NCBI GenBank assembly: GCA_963695855.1
Contig: CAVOHZ010000010.1
Coordinates: 1,120,001 to 1,184,000, forward strand
Source: an uncultured Nitrososphaerales archaeon
GTDB lineage: Archaea; Thermoproteota; Nitrososphaeria; Nitrososphaerales; Nitrososphaeraceae
Direction of reading: 5' to 3'
DNA length: 64,000 nt
The position numbers and the translations under genes were made by a program. Of this stretch, positions 32,011 to 42,239 are shown in pieces; within the stretch, counting starts at the first letter, position 1; each line of letters starts with the position of its first letter. Under the pieces are notes generated by a model. It was not told the DNA's origin. It searched no databases and was given only the letters and a program-made list of their open reading frames with translations.

Positions 32011-32081
32011 TTACCGAACCCTGATATAATGAGAGTTCGAAGCCCTCCGAGCCCGTATACTAGTAGGGTTCAATAACATTT
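32011..32081 (+). repeat. att-like site A (tRNA-Arg 3' copy)
   Basis: TTACCGAACCC...TTCGAAGCCCTCCGAGCCCG-TATACTAGTAGGGTTCAATAACATTT. Confidence 0.9.
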
Positions 32082-32193
32082 AACAAATTAATTTTATTTT
32101 TCTAAAGATTTGACTTCTATAATTGAGAGTTTAAGAACAAATATTTTCAACTCAAGAAATAACATTATTTCAAACTATTTTTTTAATTCTATT

Positions 32194-32382
32194 TTAAGAT
32201 GGAATTAATCCTATTTTCGGATCATTATGAAATGCACAAAAATTAGCATAACTAGGGTATTTTTCATGACATAGTGGACAATATTTTTTAGTTTCAGTTA
32301 ATATATTTTCCCAGTCAAATTCTTCGCCACAACAGAGACAATTATTTCTTACAAAGATATTTTCTGAAGCAGCAGTTACCAA
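32194..32382 (-). CDS. Small double Zn-ribbon protein or gene fragment
   Basis: CLCC, CPLC, CAFH; start doubtful. Confidence 0.4.
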   Translation of the reverse strand: MVTAASENIFVRNNCLCCGEEFDWENILTETKKYCPLCHEKYPSYANFCAFHNDPKIGLIPS

Positions 32383-32442
32383 TCTTGAAAAGCTTCAAGC
32401 TCTAGGCTTAGAATTTGATTTAGTATATTCAAGTACTCCAAC

Positions 32443-33000
32443 CTATTTGGTAGATTCTATCCCCTTTTTGAAAAGGTTATACTGTCTGAGTAATCGCCTA
32501 TTCAATCCTATTACTATGCCTCCGCTGATAATTAGAGAAATATTAGTTACTAATATCGCTATCAAAATAATTGGAGTATCATTCACTAGCTGGGCATACT
32601 CTTCTACGTGTCTATAGAACGAGGCTGATCCAAGGAATATAATAGAAACAGAAATGCGCAAAACCAGCGAAGTAATGAAGACAATTTGAATATATAATCC
32701 ACCTTTTGAATAAATAGAGCCGTCAGATCCTCTCCAAAACGAAATTTTTACATAATGGTATGTAAGAAATTCAGCACCTATAAATATAATTATAAAGACA
32801 GGGAGAAATAAGACTGGAATGCCAATAAGGAAAGAGTTTAAAATAAAGTAAGAAACAAATATTGAAAAAACGATGGAAATCGCTATCAATACAGTCCTGT
32901 TCACCTTTGATCCCTCATGCGCCTTTCTTATCTTTAATATAGCAACTAAAGCGGTAACTATTATTGGAATCAAAGTAATCAAGTCAAAAGAACTGGACAT
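32443..33000 (-). CDS. CcdC/DUF1453-like membrane protein
   Basis: Five TM segments, FWRGSDGSIYSKGG...LVLRI. Confidence 0.55.
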   Translation of the reverse strand: MSSSFDLITLIPIIVTALVAILKIRKAHEGSKVNRTVLIAISIVFSIFVSYFILNSFLIGIPVLFLPVFIIIFIGAEFLTYHYVKISFWRGSDGSIYSKGGLYIQIVFITSLVLRISVSIIFLGSASFYRHVEEYAQLVNDTPIILIAILVTNISLIISGGIVIGLNRRLLRQYNLFKKGIESTK

Positions 33001-33318
33001 CTAATGAAAAAAGTGAACTAGAATTATAAAAAGTCTATTTTACAGATATCCATTTGTCAAAATATTGTAATAGGATCTATTAAAATTTTAAGGTTGATAT
33101 GATTCTAGTAAATAAATTAGGATTTAATGAATCGACAAAATTTTTGTTCTAAAAATTTTTTATTTAATTTCTAAAAACTTTCTGTTTGTTCAAATAAATA
33201 GTTCATTATTTCTAAAGAAATAAAAGGTATAGATTTGCTTCATTTCTTAAACTCAAGTTTCTATTTGATATTTTATTTTTATCTGAACTACAAAATTGTG
33301 TCAAAATCAGTTCACACA

Positions 33319-33353
33319 CCTCCGAGCCCGTATACTGGCAGGATTCAATAACA
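33319..33353 (+). repeat. att-like site B (shorter tRNA-Arg 3' copy)
   Basis: CCTCCGAGCCCG-TATACTGGCAGGATTCAATAACA. Confidence 0.8.
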
Positions 33354-33451
33354 GTTTCTAGTTTAATTCAAAAATAAATGTGAATATTAGAAAACTTACT
33401 ATTGAAATTTGAAAAAGTAGATATTAAATAATTTGATAAACTAAAGGCAGT

Positions 33452-33682
33452 ATGAATTCAATAGTAATTACATCTTTTATTGCATTTGCTATAATTTCCG
33501 TAATGCTAACAGTATTTGAAAATGTGTTTGGACAAGGAGAGGAGGCAGAGCAAAGACAGGATCAATCACCACCAACATTAGATGATAATAACAATGGAAG
33601 AATTATTAGTGAAGAAATTTGTCCGCCATATTGCAGCCCACCTCCTCCGATACAAGAGTTACCACAAGAGCAACCACCATAA
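33452..33682 (+). CDS. Small secreted Pro/Gln-rich protein
   Basis: Signal-like N-terminus (VFGQ), CPPYCSPPPP. Confidence 0.6.
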   Translation: MNSIVITSFIAFAIISVMLTVFENVFGQGEEAEQRQDQSPPTLDDNNNGRIISEEICPPYCSPPPPIQELPQEQPP

Positions 33683-33994
33683 TTTTATTTGCACTTTCCG
33701 TATGTTATAATTTCAAGTATCTCTCTTGTTTGTAATAGATTCTAATATTAGAAATAGTAAAATATATTTTATTTCATTTCATTTACGTTTTTAAAATTAG
33801 ATAAATTTTATAATTATATTAGATATTATATTTTTAGCATTAAATATTGACTTTAATTTTCTGATTGAAAGATATGATGAATATAATAAATAAATACATA
33901 AAATTATAATAACATTATTGACATTTCATCCATCTCAATGATATATTATTTTATTTAATAAAGATACAATAATCAGAATGTCTCTTAAATTGAT

Positions 33995-35209
33995 ATGTAT
34001 AAGAATTTTGAAAATAATAATAAACAATTTAAATCAAAATTAGTTGAACATCTAAATGAAACATTATTTATTGAAAATGAATCAATAGGTAGAATAAAAT
34101 CAAGAATAGAACAGACACCGATTCTAGAAGTAAAACAAAGACTACTTCAACATTTAGAAGAAACATATAAGCAAAAAAACAGACTAGAGCAAATAATTGT
34201 AAAATTATCATCAGAAAAATCTAATAAACATAAAGCAAATTTGTTACCATTAACACCTGATTCTTCTAGTATAATAAGAACGAATCTTAAAAATTCAATA
34301 AAATCATTACCAAGTAATGATGAAGGTTTCAATCAAAGATTTAAATCTCTTCCAGAAGAAACTGAATTAACAAGAATTAAGGAAGACTATATAATAGAAT
34401 ATGATGAGGTAGTTACCTATCATAAATTGATACATATTGCAGAAATGACAGATTTACCACAACCCAATGATATTATATCTTTACTAAAAGAAAGTATGCA
34501 GGAAGAAGAATCAATGGCAAACTGGTATCAAGTACATGTGTCAGTGATACTTGAAAACCTATGGCCAAAGCTGATAAATTCTCCCATAAAGCGAGCTCAA
34601 GAATTTCTTCTCAATTATGCGGGTTCTAAAATGCCACTTATTATAATGTATGCGGATCTGGTTGGATCGACTAATTTGAGTATGACTTTATCCGTAGAAA
34701 TTCTTATTGCATTAATAAGAGCATTTACTCATGAACTATCAAATGTTGTAGAAAGATATAATGGTTATGTTCTAAAATATGTAGGAGATGCAGTAATTTC
34801 TTTTTTTCCTTATGCCATAGACAACAAATATCAGGTATGCAAGAATTCAATTGAGTGTGCAAAGTCAATTATAGATGTAATCAATACAGAGATTAATGTA
34901 ATTTTACATAAAAAATATGGTTATCCAGAATTATTTGTAAAAATAGGTATAGATGAAGGAGAAAATGTTGTAATTCAATATGGATATGAAAGAAACTCAC
35001 TAATTGATATATTAGGATACAGTATGAATGTTGCAGCAAAGATAACTTCTCTAACCACTGCGAATAGTATATCCATCGGGGAAAATGTGTATCATTTATT
35101 GGATCATATCCAACAATCAGAATTTCAAGAGTTGAAAATATCTATCAACAATTGGAAATATATCAATCGTGATACGAAAGAACCTTATAGAATTTACAAG
35201 ATAAAGTAA
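33995..35209 (+). CDS. DUF892 ferritin-like domain fused to class III nucleotide cyclase
   Basis: HLEETYKQKNRLEQI, EYDEVVTY, EEESMA; then YADLVGST, KYVGDAV, KIGIDEG, DILGYSMNVAAKI. Confidence 0.85.
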   Translation: MYKNFENNNKQFKSKLVEHLNETLFIENESIGRIKSRIEQTPILEVKQRLLQHLEETYKQKNRLEQIIVKLSSEKSNKHKANLLPLTPDSSSIIRTNLKNSIKSLPSNDEGFNQRFKSLPEETELTRIKEDYIIEYDEVVTYHKLIHIAEMTDLPQPNDIISLLKESMQEEESMANWYQVHVSVILENLWPKLINSPIKRAQEFLLNYAGSKMPLIIMYADLVGSTNLSMTLSVEILIALIRAFTHELSNVVERYNGYVLKYVGDAVISFFPYAIDNKYQVCKNSIECAKSIIDVINTEINVILHKKYGYPELFVKIGIDEGENVVIQYGYERNSLIDILGYSMNVAAKITSLTTANSISIGENVYHLLDHIQQSEFQELKISINNWKYINRDTKEPYRIYKIK

Positions 35210-35429
35210 ATTTTTATCTGATTTAATGTCTGTTCTTTTCCAAGCATTTCAATTTTATACTCATAGCACTCTTTTATTACAGCATTGCCGTATAGTAGAA
35301 ATTAGAATTTTTATATTGAACTCTAAAGAATGGTGTTATAGAACATAATATTATATGAATAAGAATTTGCATTCTAATATTTTAATAAAAATAAAACTTA
35401 TATAAAAATATAACATACCTTATACCTTA

Positions 35430-36379
35430 TGTATTATCCCACCACATGTGTTACACTCCTATTATACACTTGTACTGGTGTCATGTAGTTCAATGACATA
35501 TGTACTCTTTTATTATTGTAATATTTAATGAATTGCTCATGTCTTTTGAATCTAGGTCGCTCTACATCATATGTACGATGCCATCTTTCTATTTTACCAA
35601 GTGTGGTAGGTTTTCCTATACCACCCATAACATGTTGTATGTCATATTCTTTGCAGAAAGAATCAAAATCTGACTGTAATTTAGAATGTGAATTATAGAA
35701 TTGTGAACCATGGTCTGTCAGTATCTGTAATGGTTTTCCATATTTTCTGATTGTACGCTTCAATAGATAAATAATCTTATCTGATGTACCTTCTACACAT
35801 TTGATAGATGATAACACATATCTGGTGTGATCATCAAAAATAGATATCAGCCAAATTCCTTCATTTTCTATAACTTTCAGGTCAATCTGCCACAATTCAT
35901 TTGGAAATTTACGCTCAAATTGTATGTATTTTCTCTTCTTTCTGGGTTTGTTGATAGGATTGTTGTTCAATCCGCTTTTGCATAAAATTCTGTATACTGT
36001 CATATGTCCTACCTTTATGTTGTATTGGTTCGCAAGAGTTCCTTGTATCTTGTGTGGACAGTAATGGTATTTCTTTCTTAACTGTACTACCTTCTGTTCT
36101 ATCTTTTTATCTGTTCTATGAATTGTATGTGGGTCTTTTAGAATGATCTTTTAGTCCATTTAATCCCTCTTTCTTGTACCTGTTCCAGTATCTGTAGAAA
36201 CTCATTCTGGATATGTGTATATGTTTACAGATGTCAGTTACTTTCCATCCTCCTTCCAGTTTACGTCTTATACACCATCTTCTTATCTTTTCTAGATCTT
36301 GTTTATACTGCATCTAGTGTAACAACACTCCTTACTCTTACCAAGTAAAAGAGTGTAACAGATGTCATGGGATAATACA
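35430..36379 (-). mobile_element. IS481-family insertion sequence (950 bp)
   Basis: TIRs TGTATTATCCCACCACATGTGTTACACTC / GAGTGTAACAGATGTCATGGGATAATACA; flanking 16-bp duplication CATACCTTATACCTTA. Confidence 0.9.
35434..36313 (-). pseudogene. IS481 transposase with single frameshift near 36131
   Basis: HTH ORF 36313-36116 joins RPHTIHRT...GHM frame into WQIDLK, TDHGSQF, GKIERWHRT (DDE). Confidence 0.85.
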
Positions 36380-36390
36380 CATACCTTATA

Positions 36391-36790
36391 CCTTAAAGAA
36401 ACTTTTTATATCACTAAGTTTAATATTACCAATAGTTGTAACAATTGTTTTATTAGTTCCACAACTAGTAATAAATTCGCAATCTACAGGTGTAAATGAA
36501 AGGTTAACTAACTCTCAACCTATAGAACCAATAAATTTGTCGTCTATACTAAAATTTGAAAAAGTTAAAACTATTCCTAATGAAATTCATGTTGGAGAGA
36601 AGTTTAGTATAAGTGCAACTGTTGTTAATACAGGGTCTTATCTGTCACTTTTATAGCAAATCTTTGTGATTCTGAACTTTATGCAACGTTTGATAATAAA
36701 GTTGGAGAATTAAATGCTCCAGAATGTAAGATGGTTTCAGAACCCGTTATATTCAATACAGGAGAGAAATCGATAGTGATGATATAAATA
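36391..36790 (+). pseudogene. Relic of a secreted protein gene next to IS481
   Basis: LKKLFISLSLILPIVVTIVLLVP...IHVGEKFSISATVVNTG then stop/frameshift; no clear start; 3' end approximate. Confidence 0.45.
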
Positions 36791-36956
36791 TAGTAGTAAG
36801 TTAAAACTTATATACTCATTTTGATATTATCTAGTGTAACATCAATTAAATGTCTTACCATATATATACATATTATAGCAGTAGTTATAGAAAAATGACT
36901 TGATTAGTCCTAAAATACTACCACAGTTAAATATTTGACTGCTGTTATTTTTTGTA

Positions 36957-37625
36957 ATGAATTCAAAAAATTCATTCAAATATGAAAGACTTTCTCCAGA
37001 TAATGCAGCATTATTACTAATAGATCATCAAACAGGTCTTTTACCTTTGGTTAGGGATTCGTCTGATGTAGAATTAAAAAATAATGTGTTGGCTCTAGGA
37101 AAAATAGCAAAAATATTTAATTTACCAGTAGTCATAACATCAAGTTATGAGCAGGGGCCTAACGGACCACTAGCACATGGAGTAACTGAACTCTTTCCAG
37201 ATGTTAAAGTAATAAAAAGACAAGGCGAGATAAATGCATGGGATGACCCAAATTTTGTAAAAGCAGTAGAAGATACAGGACGCAAGAAACTTATCATGGC
37301 TGGAATTGTTACTGATGTTTGTATTGCATTTCCAGCATTATCTGCAATAGAAGCTGGTTATGATGTAATAGTTGCAATAGATGCTTCTGGTACCTTTAAT
37401 CAGACTGTACAGCAAGCAGCAGTTTTACGCATGAGTCAAGCAGGAGCTACAATCATGAATTGGTTCTCTATATGTTGTGAACTTCAAGGCGATTGGAAAA
37501 AATCTACTTCTCCAGACATGGTACGGTTATTTACTGAACATCTTATACAATATGGTCTTATTGTTAGCAGTTATGTTGCTAATAGGCCAGATCAAACTAT
37601 GATACCAAAAGATTTCAAAGCATAA
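36957..37625 (+). CDS. YcaC-like isochorismatase-family hydrolase
   Basis: LLLIDHQTGL, GPNGP, INAWDD, TDVCIAFPALSA. Confidence 0.9.
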   Translation: MNSKNSFKYERLSPDNAALLLIDHQTGLLPLVRDSSDVELKNNVLALGKIAKIFNLPVVITSSYEQGPNGPLAHGVTELFPDVKVIKRQGEINAWDDPNFVKAVEDTGRKKLIMAGIVTDVCIAFPALSAIEAGYDVIVAIDASGTFNQTVQQAAVLRMSQAGATIMNWFSICCELQGDWKKSTSPDMVRLFTEHLIQYGLIVSSYVANRPDQTMIPKDFKA

Positions 37626-37800
37626 TAACAAATAAATAACTTTATTTTTTATTTTTTCAGTTCCCATTTCTCATACCACATATCAAGACTTTGCAAAATT
37701 GGGTCAAGGTCTTTTGTTTTTGTTGTTAATCTATATAGAACTTTATATCGTCAAATAAGTTTTCACTTAACTCAATTTGAAAACAATTATTGAAAAATTA

Positions 37801-37966
37801 GTGGTCCTAGATTATGGAAGGGCTCAAATCCTACTTATTCCATTTTTCATTTTTTATAGCCTATTAGAAATTGTTTAATAAATATTCAAATAAGTTACCA
37901 AATTAATAAATAAATACCAGTTTACCGATCCCAATTATATGTCATGCTCGAAGCCCTACGAGCCCG
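37801..37966 (+). repeat. att-like site C with about 165-bp upstream arm
   Basis: GGTCCT-N11-GGGCTCAAATC...TAAGTTACCAAA...TTACCGATCCCAATTA...TCGAAGCCCTACGAGCCCG; colinear with 49811-49967. Confidence 0.85.
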
Positions 37967-37988
37967 ATTTGATAACCTCATTAAATTT

Positions 37989-38201
37989 TCACCCAACTAA
38001 TATATTATATTTATTAATGGTGGCGTTGCGCACGAGGCGCTTGATGTAAGCAACCGAATCCCGCTTATATGACGATAGGCGCTGTGCAATCTCCATCGCG
38101 CGATCGAGAGCATTGCCGCTGACGGTTTCATGCACCAGCCCCTTCCTTTCGGCTTCACGTGGAGTGAGGGGAACACACATATTCGAACTAGCAAAACTCA
38201 T
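37989..38201 (-). pseudogene. GC-rich fragment of an enoyl-CoA hydratase/crotonase gene
   Basis: PLTPREAERKGLVHETV...ALDRAMEIAQRL...VAYIKRLVR; 87/150 GC over 38021-38170. Confidence 0.75.
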
Positions 38202-38207
38202 TACTTT

Positions 38208-38750
38208 TTATTTTTTCCAAGGATAATATGCAAGGAAGTAAAAAGCAGGGCATAGAGAAAGTCCAATTACCTTTTCTGGTTTTATTTTTAAAATAACACG
38301 CTTGTGCTGTGGTTTTCTATAATAGTATTTTCCAATTCCTAAATATTTCTTTGCTAGTTTATGTAAATGTTCATCAGCATTATCATAAGTTTGTTCTATG
38401 ACTATGCCTTTTATAGATACCATGTTATACGGATTATATTGTTCAACTACAGATAATGTAACCCTGGGATTTCTTGATACATTTCTTTTTTTGACTGCAG
38501 CATCGGAGGTGTTTACTAATATAATATCATTTTCTTCATCTATATCTGCCCATACAGGAGTAATATGAGGAAATCCATCAGCAGACAATGTAGATATAAA
38601 AGCAAGATTTCTTCCTTTAAAAAGACTATTAAATTGTTCCTTTGAAAGTTCTGTTGAGCCTAATGATTCATTTACTATAAAAAGACCTTCGGTTTCGATC
38701 GGGGGAATATCCACAATATCGATATAGGATTTATTGTCTTCTTTCTCCAT
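38208..38750 (-). CDS. PPOX-class F420-dependent oxidoreductase
   Basis: STLSADGFPHITPVW, KRNVSRNPRVTLSV, LAKKYLG. Confidence 0.88.
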   Translation of the reverse strand: MEKEDNKSYIDIVDIPPIETEGLFIVNESLGSTELSKEQFNSLFKGRNLAFISTLSADGFPHITPVWADIDEENDIILVNTSDAAVKKRNVSRNPRVTLSVVEQYNPYNMVSIKGIVIEQTYDNADEHLHKLAKKYLGIGKYYYRKPQHKRVILKIKPEKVIGLSLCPAFYFLAYYPWKK

Positions 38751-38870
38751 TTTATTATAATTATAATGTCACGTATTAATTTTTATTGATAAGTTGATGG
38801 TTAAAACACAGTTACTATATTACCTAATTGTAACTATCTGATTTATTTAATTCTATTATATAATATAAAC

Positions 38871-39968
38871 ATGGAAAACAAATTAGAAACTCCAGATATG
38901 AAGTACAAATTATTAGGAAAAAGTGGATTACGAGTTTCTGAACTCTGTTTAGGAACAATGACATTTGGAAAAGATTGGGGATCCTTTTTGAAGGGTGCAT
39001 CAAAGGAAGAATCAAAAAAAATATTTGATTTGTTTGTGCATGCAGGGGGAAATTTTATTGATACTGCTAATGTATATCACAATGGGACTAGTGAAAAATA
39101 TGTAGGAGAATTTATAGCACCTGAACGAGATAAATTTGTTCTAGCTACCAAATATACTTTGACTACAAATCCTAATGACCCTAATGCTGGTGGAAATCAT
39201 CGTAAAAATCTATTTCAATCGGTAAATGCCAGTCTAAAGAGATTAAACACTGAATATATAGATCTTCTCTGGGTACATATCTGGGATTTTATGACTCCTA
39301 TTGAGGAGGTTATGCGTTCTTTAGATGATATGGTAAGGTCTGGAAAAGTACTCTATATAGGAATTTCTGATGCACCAGCATGGATTGTATCCCGTGCTAA
39401 CACACTTTCAGAACTCCGAGGCTGGTCGTCTTTTATAGGTCTTCAGATAATGTACTCATTGATTGAACGAACACCGGAAAGAGAATTGTTACCTATGGCA
39501 CGTTCGCTTGATATTGGAGTAACGGCATGGTCGCCTCTTGGAATGGGCGTTCTTTCCGGTAAATATAGCAAAGAAGATAACAAAAATAAAGAACCAAAGA
39601 GATTTGATCCAAATCATCCAATGGCTTCAACATTTGTAAATGAGCGAAATATATCAATTGCTAAAGAAGTACAGACAATAGCTAATGAAATTGAGAAAAC
39701 TCCTTCACAAGTTGCTCTAAATTGGATAATAAACCAAAAGCAGAAAGGAGTAATTATACCCATATTAGGAGCTAGAACTCAAGCCCAAATAATAGATAAT
39801 TTGGGCTGCTTAGAATTCAAATTAGATTCTGAACATATGAAAAGATTAAATGAAATATGCAAAATTGAGCTAGGATTTCCTTATGATTTCATATCCTCTG
39901 ATGTAGTAAGAAATCAGATTTATGGCAATCTATATTCATCAATAGAATATCATAGACTGGATTATTGA
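38871..39968 (+). CDS. Aldo/keto reductase
   Basis: LGKSGLRVSELCLGTMTFG, FIDTANVY, AWSPLG. Confidence 0.93.
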   Translation: MENKLETPDMKYKLLGKSGLRVSELCLGTMTFGKDWGSFLKGASKEESKKIFDLFVHAGGNFIDTANVYHNGTSEKYVGEFIAPERDKFVLATKYTLTTNPNDPNAGGNHRKNLFQSVNASLKRLNTEYIDLLWVHIWDFMTPIEEVMRSLDDMVRSGKVLYIGISDAPAWIVSRANTLSELRGWSSFIGLQIMYSLIERTPERELLPMARSLDIGVTAWSPLGMGVLSGKYSKEDNKNKEPKRFDPNHPMASTFVNERNISIAKEVQTIANEIEKTPSQVALNWIINQKQKGVIIPILGARTQAQIIDNLGCLEFKLDSEHMKRLNEICKIELGFPYDFISSDVVRNQIYGNLYSSIEYHRLDY

Positions 39969-40055
39969 GAGATAATTTTCAATAGCCATTACATATTTCA
40001 ACAATGTGTTCCAATAATTTACCTATTTGTATTTACTGATAATTCTATAGTGTTT

Positions 40056-40718
40056 TTAGACCCTAGAACAAATGTCAATGAATTCTTTCGTAGATAATAA
40101 CGAGTGTCCATAACTAGGAAAATTAACTTCTACAGTTGCATTTATTTCTTCCCAGTTGTATGCTGCTATAGCATCCTTGATCAAAGTTGTATGATAACCT
40201 AGTTCAACTGCATATCTGGCTGTTGTATCAATACAAGTATTAGCCCGCATACCTATTATAATCACATGATCCACATTGTGAAGTTTTAACAAAAAATCAA
40301 GGTTTGTATTTGCAAATCCACTAGCAGTCCAATGGTTTTGAGCAATGAGATCTCCTTGTTTAGGCGCAAGTTCAGGATGGAATTCTCCACCCCAACTTCC
40401 TTTTTCAAAGAGGGAATACTTTAAAGATCCCTTATGTGCAGGTGCCAAGAATTTCCAATCTTCAAAATCTCCTATTTCGTAATTATGATGAGGGACATAT
40501 ACAACTTTAATACCTGAAGATCTTGCTGCAGATAAAATTTTTTTCAGGTTTTCTATCAGGTTAATACCCATAACAGTTTCTTTCGTTTTATGCCATCGTT
40601 TACCATCTTCAGATAAAAAATCGTTAAATGGATCAACTATCATAACAGCAGTATTAGTTGAAGTATAATTTTCCATAATGATGTATATTATATTTTTCAT
40701 AATTAAACATAAGCCCAT
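40056..40718 (-). CDS. Isochorismatase-family cysteine hydrolase
   Basis: VDPFNDF, SGFANTNLD, ANTCIDTTAR. Confidence 0.9.
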   Translation of the reverse strand: MGLCLIMKNIIYIIMENYTSTNTAVMIVDPFNDFLSEDGKRWHKTKETVMGINLIENLKKILSAARSSGIKVVYVPHHNYEIGDFEDWKFLAPAHKGSLKYSLFEKGSWGGEFHPELAPKQGDLIAQNHWTASGFANTNLDFLLKLHNVDHVIIIGMRANTCIDTTARYAVELGYHTTLIKDAIAAYNWEEINATVEVNFPSYGHSLLSTKEFIDICSRV

Positions 40719-40738
40719 AATTGCTATAGATGAAAGTC

Positions 40739-40780
40739 ACTGGTCCCACTTTATAGAAGGGTTCAAATCCCATCGGTTCC
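40739..40780 (+). repeat. Arm-type repeat of the att family
   Basis: ACTGGTCCC-N11-GGGTTCAAATCCCATCGGTTCC; similar to 37801, 49811 and partly 49586. Confidence 0.65.
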
Positions 40781-40937
40781 TTTTTTTTAATTGAAATTCA
40801 CATTACTTTGGTTTTTTTTCTATATTTTTAATTAAAAATATCATTTATATTAATAAATAAGATTTAGCAAAATTTCTTTTATGATATTTTTATCAAATCC
40901 AATTCTATATATTGTATAATAAAACTTTAATAATTCA

Positions 40938-40987
40938 ACTGGCCCCTTATAATATATGGGGCCAGTGGGATGAGAAACAAATTTGAC
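40938..40987. repeat. Dyad ACTGGCCCC-N11-GGGGCCAGT overlapping left 32-bp inverted repeat
   Basis: 40956-40987 is 30/32 identical to the reverse complement of 45053-45084. Confidence 0.85.
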
Positions 40988-41511
40988 CTATTTGTTGGTT
41001 CCCTCTTGAATTAAAGTTTATAATTATAATGTATGAATTGCGAATTTATTTTCTTTATATTAAATTAAGATTTATCCAAAACACTTTCGAATAGGATTAT
41101 CAATATATTAACAAACTTCACGATAAAAATATATTTTTATATTATAATCTTTTCTGACTTGTTTGGACCATTAATAGTAACAAATGAGAAAAGAGGGACT
41201 TGATCATCTACACATAAATGGACTAGCTATATCTCTCGTTAAGTTAACAGCACCGCTAAATTTGTATCAATTTGTATTTGACTCAAATACATTGTTGTTT
41301 ATATTTTTGTTCATATACAACAGTATTATAAAGGATAAAATGTAGCCAATATCGGGGCAATTATCAATATATATAATTTTGAATTCTCAGAATTCATTAT
41401 TATTTTTTCTAATAATTATTAGAGTATATTTAAAAATTATTCAATAATAACATCTTCTAAAATAACTTAATAAAATAACTTTAATTAAATACTAAGATCA
41501 AATATCTATTA

Positions 41512-41673
41512 TTGAAATATGATTGGGATGCAACAGCATATGATCATATTTCAGATATACAAGAATCATGGGGACATTATATAATCAAATATATAAAATG
41601 CAAGGGAAATGAAATTGTTCTTGATGCTGGTTGTGGTTCTGCAAGATTAACCAAGATTTTATCAATTAAATGA
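41512..41673 (+). pseudogene. 5' fragment of a class I SAM methyltransferase (trans-aconitate MTase-like)
   Basis: Hand translation MKYDWDATAYDHISDIQESWG...VLDAGCGSARLT then stop. Confidence 0.7.
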
Positions 41674-41723
41674 CTATATCAAATACGTATAAATTAATAA
41701 TATATGATTATGGGATACAATAT

Positions 41724-42194
41724 TTATAGTAAATGATTCTTTTTTACAATCTTTACAAATTCTTCTAACTTTTTCAAAGTTTGCTGATGTAAATGGTGTT
41801 CTATACCCTCTGCATCTTTATTTGCAATATCTTCGTCTACTCCAATCATTTTTAAAAATTCAGCCAACAAACTATGTCTCTGATGAATATTAATGGCCAC
41901 ATCAATCCCCTGCTGGGTTAGACAAATTCCCCTATATTTTTCATATTTGAGATAGCCAGTTTCATCCAATCGCTTTACCATTTTAGTTACACTTGGAGAA
42001 CTCACATTAAGGCATTGAGAAATATCTATGGTTGTAGCATAACCTTTCTGCTGTACCAATTCATAAATAACTTCAAGATAATCTTCCATTCTATCTGTAC
42101 GGTCTTCGTTTTCCTTCTTTCCGGTATGAGCATCACGAATCGATTCAAGACGATTGATACCTGCATCAGAGTCAGCTTTCAACTTTCTTAGCAA
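41724..42194 (-). CDS. mntR: DtxR/MntR-family metal-dependent regulator
   Basis: MEDYLEVIYEL, VSSPSVTKM, RHSLLAEFL, DAEGIEHH. Confidence 0.9.
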   Translation of the reverse strand: MLRKLKADSDAGINRLESIRDAHTGKKENEDRTDRMEDYLEVIYELVQQKGYATTIDISQCLNVSSPSVTKMVKRLDETGYLKYEKYRGICLTQQGIDVAINIHQRHSLLAEFLKMIGVDEDIANKDAEGIEHHLHQQTLKKLEEFVKIVKKNHLL

Positions 42195-42239
42195 TTTTTA
42201 TTTACCATCCTTATGTATATTTTAGTTACTAACAATTAG

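Larger units (their letters stand above)
27408..32056. mobile_element. About 4.6-kb integrative element in tRNA-Arg (integrase, RHH, AbrB-like, hypothetical, SIR2 relic)
   Basis: 20-bp direct repeat TCGAAGCCCTCCGAGCCCGT at 27408-27427 and 32037-32056 brackets an integrase. Confidence 0.85.
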
